Part shown: positions 1 to 7,592 of the stretch, one piece after another
Numbering within the stretch: the first letter of the stretch is position 1
Layout of the letters: the number at the start of each line of letters is the position of its first letter
DNA from: an uncultured virus (IMG/VR IMGVR_UViG_3300025860_000008)
Lineage: Duplodnaviria > Heunggongvirae > Uroviricota > Caudoviricetes
Virus record (IMG/VR): IMGVR_UViG_3300025860_000008
Direction: 5' to 3' (one strand)
DNA length: 20,000 bases
Notes under the pieces: model-generated
Seen by the model: the letters and a program-made list of their open reading frames with translations, nothing else
The model's database searches: none
What the model was told of the DNA's origin: nothing
Program-made: the position numbers and the translations under genes

Positions 1-89
1 TGTTCTTTACGAGGAGAGGAAATATAAGTATCAATATTACTCAAAAATTCCACCCAATTCATTTGAATTTGGTCTGCTGTTAATTTCAT
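1..89 (-). CDS. 5' end of a CDS running off the window (MKLTADQIQMNWVEFLSNIDTYISSPRKE...), product unknown
   Basis: Hand-translated. ATG at 87-89 in the recurrent ATAAAAGTTATG start context; frame open to the window edge. Confidence 0.7.
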   Translation of the reverse strand, partial: MKLTADQIQMNWVEFLSNIDTYISSPRKE

Positions 90-105
90 AACTTTTATTT
101 TTGTA

Positions 106-303
106 TTATCCGTTTCTTAGAACTCCGGCTTCGCGTTCAACTAAAGATTCTACCTCTTCAATTTTATCATAAACCTCTTTTATTTTTTTTCTAAAAGTAT
201 CAATGTCGCTTCCTCCACGGGATACCATTAGATCTAATGTTTTAACTCCGGATTTAATATTTACAAACCCTTTGTCAACCAATTCTTTGTTTCTAAATGC
301 CAT
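106..303 (-). CDS. Hypothetical protein, 65 aa
   Basis: ORF track; coding strand; A-rich leader and promoter-like motif at 330-360 upstream. Confidence 0.7.
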   Translation of the reverse strand: MAFRNKELVDKGFVNIKSGVKTLDLMVSRGGSDIDTFRKKIKEVYDKIEEVESLVEREAGVLRNG

Positions 304-329
304 ATTATTTTTATTTTATTAATGTGTCT

Positions 330-360
330 ATAATATACAATAACCCCCTCATTCATCCAA
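330..360 (-). promoter_or_regulatory. Short variant promoter (TTGG...TTGTATATTATA)
   Basis: Minus strand reads TTGGATGAATGAGGGGGTTATTGTATATTATA, with the same layout as the repeated promoter. Confidence 0.45.
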
Positions 361-450
361 CCTATACTCCTCATTTCCTATTCTTTCATTTTCCTAAATA
401 TCTTCAAAACCCGTATTTCCAAGGTACCCAAAATTTCTCTGGTATCCTAC

Positions 451-885
451 TTAAAGTCGTAATTCTTTTGATAGTTTAAGAACTTCTAAAAGATGAAGAC
501 ATTTTTCATACTCTTCTCTTTCTGGGGATTGGAAATGTTTGATGGCTAATTCTAAAGAAGTTTCCAAAAAATCATCACCATGTGCCAATATAGCCTCAAC
601 ATGATCTTTATTACTAAGATCTATTTTTTTAATATAAAACCAAGCTCTATTATAAGCAATTACTTCACCGGCAGCTGCTAATTCTGCAGGATCTAACTCC
701 ATATTTGAATTTTTTAACAATCGTATTGCTTTTTTCCTAAAATTTATATGATTAAGGATAAGTTTTGTATGCATACCTAACCAATATAGGGGAGTTGAGG
801 TTAAATTAGTATAAGTAGTAGTATTATTACTTACATCTTCTTCACCAAATAGGTTAAATATATTATCAAAATCCATTTTTTTCAT
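451..885 (-). CDS. Hypothetical protein, 144 aa (C-terminal EEYEKC helical motif, UVR-like)
   Basis: ORF track; tightly packed against 888..1076. Confidence 0.75.
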   Translation of the reverse strand: MKKMDFDNIFNLFGEEDVSNNTTTYTNLTSTPLYWLGMHTKLILNHINFRKKAIRLLKNSNMELDPAELAAAGEVIAYNRAWFYIKKIDLSNKDHVEAILAHGDDFLETSLELAIKHFQSPEREEYEKCLHLLEVLKLSKELRL

Positions 886-887
886 AC

Positions 888-1076
888 TTAGTAACGATCT
901 TTACTATTACCACCTCTTATCCTATATAAAGCATACTCCCACTTTTCAACCACAGTTTTATTTTTATGTTTATCTTGAGATTGCATTTTTTTAGTTTGTA
1001 TGTCAAACTTTTCTTTTAATCCTTCTCTTTGTACTGTTTCATAAACTTCATAAAGTGCGTCTTCGTAATGGCTCAT
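888..1076 (-). CDS. Hypothetical protein, 62 aa
   Basis: ORF track; coding strand; 2-nt gap to the next gene. Confidence 0.7.
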   Translation of the reverse strand: MSHYEDALYEVYETVQREGLKEKFDIQTKKMQSQDKHKNKTVVEKWEYALYRIRGGNSKDRY

Positions 1077-1140
1077 TTTAAAAATTTTATAGTATTAAAG
1101 TCATAATATATGGTATAAATACTAGCAATCCAAGTAATTT

Positions 1141-2124
1141 TTACCTTAATATTGTAAGATGCCCAGATTTTTGATATATTTCTGGGGAATTATATTTTCT
1201 AGCATAGAAAGTATAAACATATATTCCATCAACCACATAAGAGGATCCACCTTGCATACTACCATCCCAATAAGGATAACTGCTATAATCTTCTCCGTAA
1301 CCTTCAAAAACTAAACTTCCCCATCTATTGTAAATCTTAAATTCTACATCAACCCAACACTCTAAATCAAAAATAATTTCCCAAACATCATTTATACCAT
1401 CATTATTTGGGGTTAGTACATTAGGTATAAAAACATTCCAAGGCCAGCACCCATCAATAATTAATTCACTACAGGGCAAACCAGTATTACAATCTACTTC
1501 AATAATTTTTGTGATAGTATCTGTTAAAAAAACATACTCTAAAACTTCAACTTCCAAAGTATCTACTGTATATATGTAATTGTCTACAACTACAGTATCT
1601 GCTATGTATTCCACAATTGTATCGGTTAAATACACGTATTCTTGCGTTATAACGGTGTCAATTTGCGTTTGTATAATAGTATCTGGTGGTAAAGTTATAG
1701 TAATTGTATCGTTTAAACAATCAACAGGACACTCAGGTATTTCAGGTAAGAATACAGTTGTATTATTATTTCCAGTAACGATTTCATTTAAAATACCATC
1801 AACAGACATTACAAAAATACTACCAGGCCCTTCCATTTCAAAATAAGGAGTAGTAAAGAATTGCCCTTCCCCAGGAGGAATTGCATAAGCCCCAAATAAA
1901 TCACTACTAAAACATTGATAATAATCTTCATTCCAAATTTCAATACAATAGTCTGTAATTTCTTCATCACCAAAATTCCATACAACATAATTTATGTTAT
2001 AAAAAGGTGTATCACCAATACACCCAGTTTCAATTTCTACATCACCTATTATGGCATCTGGAGATTGGGAAAATAACGATAAGGGCAGTAATATAACCGC
2101 AAGGGAAAGAAGAAATTTATACAT
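1141..2124 (-). CDS. Secreted protein with gliding-motility-associated C-terminal domain (type-B T9SS sorting signal, CHU_C/TIGR04131-like)
   Basis: N-terminal signal peptide (MYKFLLSLAVILLPLSLFSQ); Ig/CARDB-like segment (VVWNFG...NEIVTGNN); DT-repeat stalk; C-terminus FIPNVLTPNNDGINDVW...FKIYNRWGSLVF...WDG...DGIYVY...GHLTILR. Confidence 0.9.
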   Translation of the reverse strand: MYKFLLSLAVILLPLSLFSQSPDAIIGDVEIETGCIGDTPFYNINYVVWNFGDEEITDYCIEIWNEDYYQCFSSDLFGAYAIPPGEGQFFTTPYFEMEGPGSIFVMSVDGILNEIVTGNNNTTVFLPEIPECPVDCLNDTITITLPPDTIIQTQIDTVITQEYVYLTDTIVEYIADTVVVDNYIYTVDTLEVEVLEYVFLTDTITKIIEVDCNTGLPCSELIIDGCWPWNVFIPNVLTPNNDGINDVWEIIFDLECWVDVEFKIYNRWGSLVFEGYGEDYSSYPYWDGSMQGGSSYVVDGIYVYTFYARKYNSPEIYQKSGHLTILR

Positions 2125-2191
2125 TAAGTAATAGAGAGTGTAAAGTAGAATAACGTTTTATCACTAATACATATGTAAATCTTCTTTAAGG

Positions 2192-2268
2192 TAGGCAAGG
2201 AGAGACTTGAACTCTCATGTAACCAATTACTCTTTCTACAAGGTATAAGCTTGAGGAGATACATGCCT
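2192..2268 (-). tRNA. Non-canonical tRNA-Ile(UAU)-like gene (no D-arm, D-loop-like hairpin in the variable position)
   Basis: Acceptor AGGCATG/CTTGCCT+A; U8A9; anticodon arm CAAG-CTTATAC-CTTG; hairpin GTAA-TTGG-TTAC; T-arm GAGAG-TTCAAGT-CTCTC; begins 3 nt after the tRNA-Arg CCA. Confidence 0.7.
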
Positions 2269-2271
2269 ATG

Positions 2272-2348
2272 TGGTGAACCCGGTAGGATTCGAACCTACG
2301 ACCGATACCTTAGAAGGGTATTGCTCTATCCAGCTGAGCTACGAGTCC
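2272..2348 (-). tRNA. tRNA-Arg(UCU)
   Basis: GGACTCG-TA-GCTC AGCTGGATA GAGC-A-ATACC CTTCTAA GGTAT-CGGTC-GTAGG TTCGAAT CCTAC-CGGGTTC-A-CCA; canonical cloverleaf with encoded CCA. Confidence 0.96.
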
Positions 2349-2379
2349 ATTCTATAAAAAAATAACGTTTTAGGAGTGT

Positions 2380-2468
2380 TGGTACCGCTGGGCGGACTCG
2401 AACCGCCACGAGCCATTCGGCTCAACAGATTTTAAGTCTGTCGTGTCTACCAATTCCACCACAGCGGC
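2380..2468 (-). tRNA. tRNA-Leu(UAA)
   Basis: GCCGCTG...GGAATTGGTAGAC...ACAGA CTTAAAA TCTGT; long variable arm GAGCCGAATGGCTC; GGCGG TTCGAGT CCGCC; CAGCGGT-A-CCA. Confidence 0.96.
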
Positions 2469-2475
2469 ATTCGGT

Positions 2476-2667
2476 TTAATTACTAGTAATAAGTTTAAGT
2501 TTGTTTTCAATTTCCTCAATAGCTTTATCGATTTTAGGAATCTCGATAGTAACATCTATTGATTTTGGATTTGATGGATGGTAATCCCAATATGTATCTC
2601 TAATTTTTGATAATTGGATAGCCTCATTAATGAGTTCAACTTGTGGATCTTTTTCTTTTTCTGACAT
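2476..2667 (-). CDS. Hypothetical protein, 63 aa
   Basis: ORF track; AAAGTTATG start context; promoter at 2691-2722. Confidence 0.75.
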   Translation of the reverse strand: MSEKEKDPQVELINEAIQLSKIRDTYWDYHPSNPKSIDVTIEIPKIDKAIEEIENKLKLITSN

Positions 2668-2690
2668 AACTTTGATTTTTAATTTATATT

Positions 2691-2722
2691 TAAATATACG
2701 AACAATTTTTTAACAATCCCAA
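2691..2722 (-). promoter_or_regulatory. Short-form promoter TTGG-N16-TTCGTATATTTA, probably also driving the tRNA cluster
   Basis: Minus strand TTGGGATTGTTAAAAAATTGTTCGTATATTTA. Confidence 0.7.
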
Positions 2723-2910
2723 TCTTCTGCTGCAATCTGCAAACAAAGGAGAGGAGATGATTCAGGATTAGATTTCATTTCTTCTAATGCTGTATAAGTT
2801 ACTTCAAATTGTAAACCATGTTTTATTACTCTTAACCATATTTCATTAAAACTAATCATTTCTTCTTGACTCATCTTTTCCAAAAAATCTTTTTTAAATT
2901 GTGGTAACAT
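2710..2910 (-). CDS. Hypothetical protein, 66 aa
   Basis: ORF track; own promoter at 2929-2960. Confidence 0.75.
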   Translation of the reverse strand: MLPQFKKDFLEKMSQEEMISFNEIWLRVIKHGLQFEVTYTALEEMKSNPESSPLLCLQIAAEDWDC

Positions 2911-2928
2911 ATTTATTTTTATTATACG

Positions 2929-2960
2929 TGAATATACGAATTGATTTTCAATTTTCCAAA
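2929..2960 (-). promoter_or_regulatory. Short-form promoter
   Basis: Minus strand TTTGGAAAATTGAAAATCAATTCGTATATTCA. Confidence 0.7.
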
Positions 2961-2964
2961 TTTA

Positions 2965-3903
2965 CTAACAAGCTTGTGTTAAAACTTTAAATTCATTCTC
3001 TTCTGAATCTTGACCTATATTAAAAATAGACTGTTCTTTTAATTTAGCTTCTATTACTATATCTGGGTTAAGACCATAAGTATTAATTTTATTATAAATT
3101 AAATCAGAGTGAGCTTGAGGGCGAATTGTTTCATCTAATTTTTCTTCACGTCTACTTTCAGAATAATGACAACATTGAGTAACACCTTCAGGCCAAGTAA
3201 TAGATGCCATTTTAAGTGCTTCTTCCTCAGTTAACCCTCCAGTATTAAATTTATGATGGAAATAATCAAATGTAATTGGAATACCAATTTGTTGATAAAT
3301 ACCATCAAACAAATCTTTAACAGAGTATTCGTTTGGACTGTCATCATTTTCAATAACTAAGCGTTTTTGAGTGTCAATATTCAATAAACTAAAATTCTGC
3401 ACAAAACGCGCCAACGTTGTGGATTTATCACCATATGCACCTCCAACATGAATATTTATTTTATTGTAAGGTGATGGGTCATAACCCATCATATTAAATT
3501 GCTCACTATGAAAATTTAATTCTCTAATAGTTTTTTCAACTACTTTTTGAGTAGGTGAAGCTAAACAATTATAAGGGCCTGGATGCATCGTAAGTCGTTG
3601 TCCTCCATCTTTAGCAATTTGCCCAATCTCAAACATTATTGATTTAATCTCATCATAATCTTTAAGAGTTTTAACATCATATTCATCTGACCAAGGGAAT
3701 ATTTGGCTAGATAACCGAAATAACTTGATTTTCATCTCATTATTCCACTGAACAATAGTTTTAAGATCTTTAACATTAAGTAATGCAAGATCGGAGACAT
3801 AATCAATACCTTTAGCATCAAATGTTTTTCGACGCATTGTGCGATTTGTCATAATTTTGTTAGCACTTAGTGCAGTATTAATACAAGCGTATCCTAGATT
3901 CAT
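2965..3903 (-). CDS. uvsE: UV DNA damage endonuclease (UvsE/UvdE family)
   Basis: LGYACIN, FRLSS, RLTMHPG, INIHVGG, RLVIENDD, FDYFHH, HSD and EAKLKE motifs typical of UVDE TIM-barrel endonucleases. Confidence 0.95.
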   Translation of the reverse strand: MNLGYACINTALSANKIMTNRTMRRKTFDAKGIDYVSDLALLNVKDLKTIVQWNNEMKIKLFRLSSQIFPWSDEYDVKTLKDYDEIKSIMFEIGQIAKDGGQRLTMHPGPYNCLASPTQKVVEKTIRELNFHSEQFNMMGYDPSPYNKINIHVGGAYGDKSTTLARFVQNFSLLNIDTQKRLVIENDDSPNEYSVKDLFDGIYQQIGIPITFDYFHHKFNTGGLTEEEALKMASITWPEGVTQCCHYSESRREEKLDETIRPQAHSDLIYNKINTYGLNPDIVIEAKLKEQSIFNIGQDSEENEFKVLTQAC

Positions 3904-3927
3904 AACCTTTATTTTTTTATTACGTGG

Positions 3928-3959
3928 TGAATATACGAAAGATATCTTAAAAAACCAAA
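3928..3959 (-). promoter_or_regulatory. Short-form promoter upstream of uvsE
   Basis: Minus strand TTTGGTTTTTTAAGATATCTTTCGTATATTCA. Confidence 0.7.
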
Positions 3960-3964
3960 TTTAT

Positions 3965-4138
3965 TTAATAAGTTCTTTGATGTTTTAGAGTATATTTTAA
4001 ATTGCTATTTTCTTCCTTTAGTTTTCTATTAACTTCTTTAAGATAATCAATGTCTTGACTCATTTTTAGAATAGTAGCATTACACTTATTAATATTTTTT
4101 TGAAGGTTTACAACCTTCTTCTTATTAAAAAGATCCAT
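3965..4138 (-). CDS. Small coiled-coil protein, 57 aa (MDLFNKKKVVNLQKNINKC...HQRTY), not in ORF track
   Basis: Hand-translated; fills the gap; AAGTTATG start 3 nt after the upstream stop. Confidence 0.65.
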   Translation of the reverse strand: MDLFNKKKVVNLQKNINKCNATILKMSQDIDYLKEVNRKLKEENSNLKYTLKHQRTY

Positions 4139-4141
4139 AAC

Positions 4142-4279
4142 TTACTTAATAATTTCCCAAGTAAAAACAGGTCTATTTCTTTGATATTGCTCCATAAACC
4201 ATTCTAAACGATCGGTTTTAATTTGCATTTCTTGTACTTTTCCACTTTCACTTTCAGTAATCTTGATTTTATATAACAT
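4142..4279 (-). CDS. Small hypothetical protein, 45 aa (MLYKIKITESESGKVQEMQIKTDRLEWFMEQYQRNRPVFTWEIIK)
   Basis: Hand-translated; A-rich leader; fills the gap. Confidence 0.65.
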   Translation of the reverse strand: MLYKIKITESESGKVQEMQIKTDRLEWFMEQYQRNRPVFTWEIIK

Positions 4280-4351
4280 ATTTTTTAATTTTAATTAGGT
4301 CGTCTCGAAACTTCTCTCCTTAACAATATAACATCTATACATACGTATATA

Positions 4352-4717
4352 TTATGATATCACCAACCCTACACGACCAGTTGTTTTTAAATAGTAAGTA
4401 TTTGCAGGAATTGTGGTAGTAGGGGTAAATGTAAATGAACCACCCTTACCAAATAGACTTACGGAAAAACCATAGGTATTTTCTTGCAAAGACCCTTCAT
4501 CAATATCTTGTAAAAAACCACCAAACGCTCCGGCTATTGGTGTTTGAGTAAGAAGATTTTGATTTGCGGTTGAGTTAGCTTCCAGTGTAAAGTAAGCTAC
4601 CGAACCAATCGTCGTCGCGGTATTTTCTAATTCAAAGAGATATTGTTGACCGGCAGTCATAACTGACGTTCCTAAAGATCCACTTCCGTTTAGTGATGAG
4701 CTGGGATATGTTGGCAT
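4352..4717 (-). CDS. Hypothetical S/T/G-rich beta-type protein, possibly virion-associated
   Basis: ORF track; composition; ATATTTAT motif ~18 nt upstream. Confidence 0.7.
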   Translation of the reverse strand: MPTYPSSSLNGSGSLGTSVMTAGQQYLFELENTATTIGSVAYFTLEANSTANQNLLTQTPIAGAFGGFLQDIDEGSLQENTYGFSVSLFGKGGSFTFTPTTTIPANTYYLKTTGRVGLVIS

Positions 4718-4741
4718 AATTCTATTATTTTGTTATAAATA

Positions 4742-5146
4742 TCATGAGTTGTGGGTTCCGTTTATAATATCCGAAGAACTTAAGCCTTGATAGCGAGGCA
4801 CATACAACATTGCTTTAGCCCACTTTTTACCTATAATTGTCTTATTTCTATACTCCTCACCAATTACAAATACTTCGGGAGCCAAGCGTTTAATTAAACC
4901 ATCTAGCTCATCATCCGTATTGAAAGGAATTACATTCCTAATGTATTTTATACTTTGTAGGAAGAGCATTCTATTTTCAAGAGAATTCACCGGTCTACAA
5001 TCACCCTTCATCTGACGAATACGCTCATCTGAGTCAATTCCTACTATCACATCATTTCCTTCCTCCCAAGCTCTTTTAAATAGTTGGATGTGCCCCGCAT
5101 GGAGCACATCAAAACAACCATTTAACCATGTGACTCTAGTTCGCAT
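4742..5146 (-). CDS. Cytidylyltransferase-like nucleotidyltransferase (RfaE domain II/HldE, TagD-like)
   Basis: NGCFDVLHAGH (HxGH), VGIDSD...RQMKG..RP, ENR, and C-terminal SSSDII motifs. Confidence 0.9.
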   Translation of the reverse strand: MRTRVTWLNGCFDVLHAGHIQLFKRAWEEGNDVIVGIDSDERIRQMKGDCRPVNSLENRMLFLQSIKYIRNVIPFNTDDELDGLIKRLAPEVFVIGEEYRNKTIIGKKWAKAMLYVPRYQGLSSSDIINGTHNS

Positions 5147-5951
5147 ATTGAAGTGCTACATCAAACAATTCTTTATTGATCTTCATATCTTGCTTGAAGT
5201 TCTTTATCTCACGAGCTTTACGTGCTTTACCACCTGCTCGGTAATCGAAGTCACCTGTTACAATTTTTTCTTGAACTACATTAAATACTGACCAAAGGTC
5301 TGTACCGTAATCTTCCTTACGTACGGGCTGAACTAAAGCTTTATAATCAATTTCAATACGCTTCATTTCTTGCTTTGAAAATCTAGTATTAATGGCATCT
5401 TTAGCAAATTGTAGAATTTCTTCTTCTGCCATTTCTTGAGCTTTCATCTTATTCATAGATTCAACTGTAAGCGGAAGCTTTTCTACCATGTCCTTAAGTA
5501 AAACCTGAAGATCCTCAAATGTATAACCCATATGACGCATTTTAACGGCTTCAAATTGCGTATCTGCAATAACTAAACCATTTGCACAAATCAAACGATA
5601 TAAACCTGCTTGAAATTGGAAGGAATTCTTACCATCGTGAGAATTTGTTAGTAGAATTTGTGGAAAAACTGTATCACCATCACTACCATTAATAACAACA
5701 TCATCATTTCTAAACACTAGCAAGTGCTTTTGAAATCCTTTTGTTGAGTTCTTACGAGCCTTAACTTCTTTGGCTTCAATTGGCTTCCAACCTAGAAGCT
5801 CCATATCATCAATTACACGCTCCGTTGGAATGTGTGTATACTTGTCTGAAACCTCACTACTTGGCTTCGTTGAAAAAACTGAAGGTGCCATTTTGGCAAT
5901 CGCTTCTTTTGTTAAATACTTTGCTTCTTGCAAATTTTCTGAATTCATCAT
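5136..5951 (-). CDS. DUF932/DUF945-family phage/plasmid protein
   Basis: APSVF...SDKYTHIPT, GFQKHLLVFR, LTNSHDG, GLYRLICANGL, DLWSVFNVVQE motifs. Confidence 0.85.
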   Translation of the reverse strand: MMNSENLQEAKYLTKEAIAKMAPSVFSTKPSSEVSDKYTHIPTERVIDDMELLGWKPIEAKEVKARKNSTKGFQKHLLVFRNDDVVINGSDGDTVFPQILLTNSHDGKNSFQFQAGLYRLICANGLVIADTQFEAVKMRHMGYTFEDLQVLLKDMVEKLPLTVESMNKMKAQEMAEEEILQFAKDAINTRFSKQEMKRIEIDYKALVQPVRKEDYGTDLWSVFNVVQEKIVTGDFDYRAGGKARKAREIKNFKQDMKINKELFDVALQYAN

Positions 5952-5980
5952 AACTTTTATTTATTTAAATTAAACTTTTA

Positions 5981-6058
5981 TTGTGTTTTAACCTCATTTA
6001 CCCCGTAAATATACGAAAGCTTCCTCGCTTCTCCAAGCGATTCACCGGAAGCCTTTAA
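5981..6058 (-). repeat. Long promoter repeat copy 1
   Basis: Minus strand TTAAAGGCTTCCGGTGAATCGCTTGGAGAAGCGAGGAAGCTTTCGTATATTTACGGGGTAAATGAGG. Confidence 0.9.
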
Positions 6059-6059
6059 A

Positions 6060-6410
6060 TTACTTTTTAACTAATAGACTTGGTGAAACATTAATTAAAC
6101 CACCAATTCTACCATCACCAACATTAATAGCTTGAACTTTAATGTTCTTATTGTTAATTTTAATAATTTTAAATTCATCATTAGGAGAGACTTTTTTATG
6201 ATTAATACCAACCACATCTCCAATTTGAAAATCATCTTTTGAAGCTTTTTGTGGTGCATCACCAACTCGAGCTGTCATTTTTGCTCTTAATTCTTGAGCA
6301 TCAAACCTAATTGTGCCTAATGAAATAGTAACACCATAATCTTTTTCTAATTGAGCGACTGCTTTTGCGAAATCACCTCTAAAACCTTGAACTTTTTGCT
6401 TATTTAACAT
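6060..6410 (-). CDS. Hypothetical protein, 116 aa (C-terminal SH3/KOW-like FQIGDVV segment)
   Basis: ORF track; bracketed by repeat copies 1 and 2; ATAAAGGTTATG start. Confidence 0.8.
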   Translation of the reverse strand: MLNKQKVQGFRGDFAKAVAQLEKDYGVTISLGTIRFDAQELRAKMTARVGDAPQKASKDDFQIGDVVGINHKKVSPNDEFKIIKINNKNIKVQAINVGDGRIGGLINVSPSLLVKK

Positions 6411-6435
6411 AACCTTTATTGAATTTAATTAACAC

Positions 6436-6513
6436 TTGGGCTCGCACCCCATTTACCCTGTAAATATACGAACGCTTTCTCGCTTCTCCACGCAAGTCAC
6501 CGGAAGCCTTTAA
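6436..6513 (-). repeat. Long promoter repeat copy 2
   Basis: TTAAAGGCTTCCGGTGACTTGCGTGGAGAAGCGAGAAAGCGTTCGTATATTTACAGGGTAAATGGGGTGCGAGCCCAA. Confidence 0.9.
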
Positions 6514-6590
6514 GAAATTGTTGCTAATGTAAACACTACAATCATAAGTGCTACATAAATCACTGAGGATATGTCTGTTTTATGTTTCAT
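6510..6590 (-). CDS. Putative 26-aa membrane peptide (MKHKTDISSVIYVALMIVVFTLATIS)
   Basis: Hand-translated; single hydrophobic helix; stop coincides with the start of repeat copy 2, as for other genes. Confidence 0.45.
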   Translation of the reverse strand: MKHKTDISSVIYVALMIVVFTLATIS

Positions 6591-6879
6591 GGCGATATAT
6601 ATGGGTTTTAATTAATTACCTATGGTTATTTATATTACCCCATGATGAAGTAGCTATTACGTTATATACATATATCTTCTATCGATGTGAAGAAATCGTC
6701 GTTCGCTACTATTTGCGCCTTGCGGGTTTTTATTTTCTTTATCCTATATGGGCTTACATATAATTTTTTTGAGATGCGTTATTTTGTATGTAGTTGCATA
6801 TAATATATTTGTATATACAATCGATGGGTTAGTTTTATACTCGCTCTAATAAGCCCACTACACCCTTTCTTGCGCATAT

Positions 6880-7107
6880 ACACGCCCGATGGACGGCGGC
6901 ATACCGTGGGTTATTATGCGGTACGTACGCCGCACGCCGCCCGAACTATTATCTATATTATATTACACCCAGTACTACATAAGTAATAAGTAATATATAG
7001 TAAGGTACCCACCACGGTAGGTTATGTCACCGTAGGGGTACTTACAATGGCCGTCGACGCCACCTTATATTTAATAATGACGTACTAGTACTTATGATAC
7101 TTGGTAC
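6880..7107. other. Non-coding, GC-enriched, palindrome/hairpin-rich segment with a GTAC cluster (candidate origin, packaging site or structured RNA)
   Basis: No credible ORF until 7092; GTAC at 6921, 6925, 6972, 7005, 7038, 7082, 7088, 7104; long imperfect hairpin at 7000-7045. Confidence 0.5.
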
Positions 7108-7592
7108 GCACCCTCTACTACGCGCCTATAACCATCATACTGATAATTACCATTGTCAATCACCACGCCATCCTTAATCGCCAATGCGTGTTTATTCACG
7201 GCTAGTATGTAATTGCCTTTATTAAACCGCTGTGCAAATGCTTTAACTGTAAATGCAACCGGCTTGTGCTTATATTTTGGATTAACCATGTCACCACCTT
7301 GTTTAGGCCCGTGACCTAGCACCTTTAACTTTCTAGTAATGCCACTATCAAATAGACTCAATTGGCCCACCTCATCAAACGTCATTTCCTTAACGTTGTC
7401 CAAAGTAGACATAAACTGTTTTGTACCTTCACCTTTCTTACGTTTGAAAGTGTCGGAAACATATTTGTGTGCTTGGGAATAATTCACGTCACAAGCATTC
7501 GCAATGGCTCTCACCACGCAATCATTACTCTCGCCTTTAGCTGTTTGATCAGAACCACTAACTGCATAACCACTTTTAAAATTCTTTAACAT
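7092..7592 (-). CDS. Hypothetical phage protein with a possible papain-like Cys-His-Asp triad
   Basis: NDCVVRAIA...HALAIKDGVVID motifs; ATAAAGGTTATG start. Confidence 0.75.
   Translation of the reverse strand: MLKNFKSGYAVSGSDQTAKGESNDCVVRAIANACDVNYSQAHKYVSDTFKRKKGEGTKQFMSTLDNVKEMTFDEVGQLSLFDSGITRKLKVLGHGPKQGGDMVNPKYKHKPVAFTVKAFAQRFNKGNYILAVNKHALAIKDGVVIDNGNYQYDGYRRVVEGAYQVS

Noticed and set aside
1540..1715. DT-periodic stretch as a DNA tandem repeat or DGR variable region
   Set aside because: Periodicity is at protein level only; no near-identical template repeat or reverse transcriptase in the window.
2370..2555. 61-aa - strand ORF
   Set aside because: Overlaps tRNA-Leu and the 2476-2667 gene; spurious.
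2962..2967. TAG followed by TAA at the uvsE end as a sign of amber recoding
   Set aside because: Long genes translate intact with code 11, coding density is high, and no suppressor tRNA is seen.
6662..6800. Coding-looking - strand frame (...KPI*DKKIKTRKAQIVANDDFFTSIEDICI)
   Set aside because: Interrupted by TAG and has no good start; cannot be supported as a gene or pseudogene.
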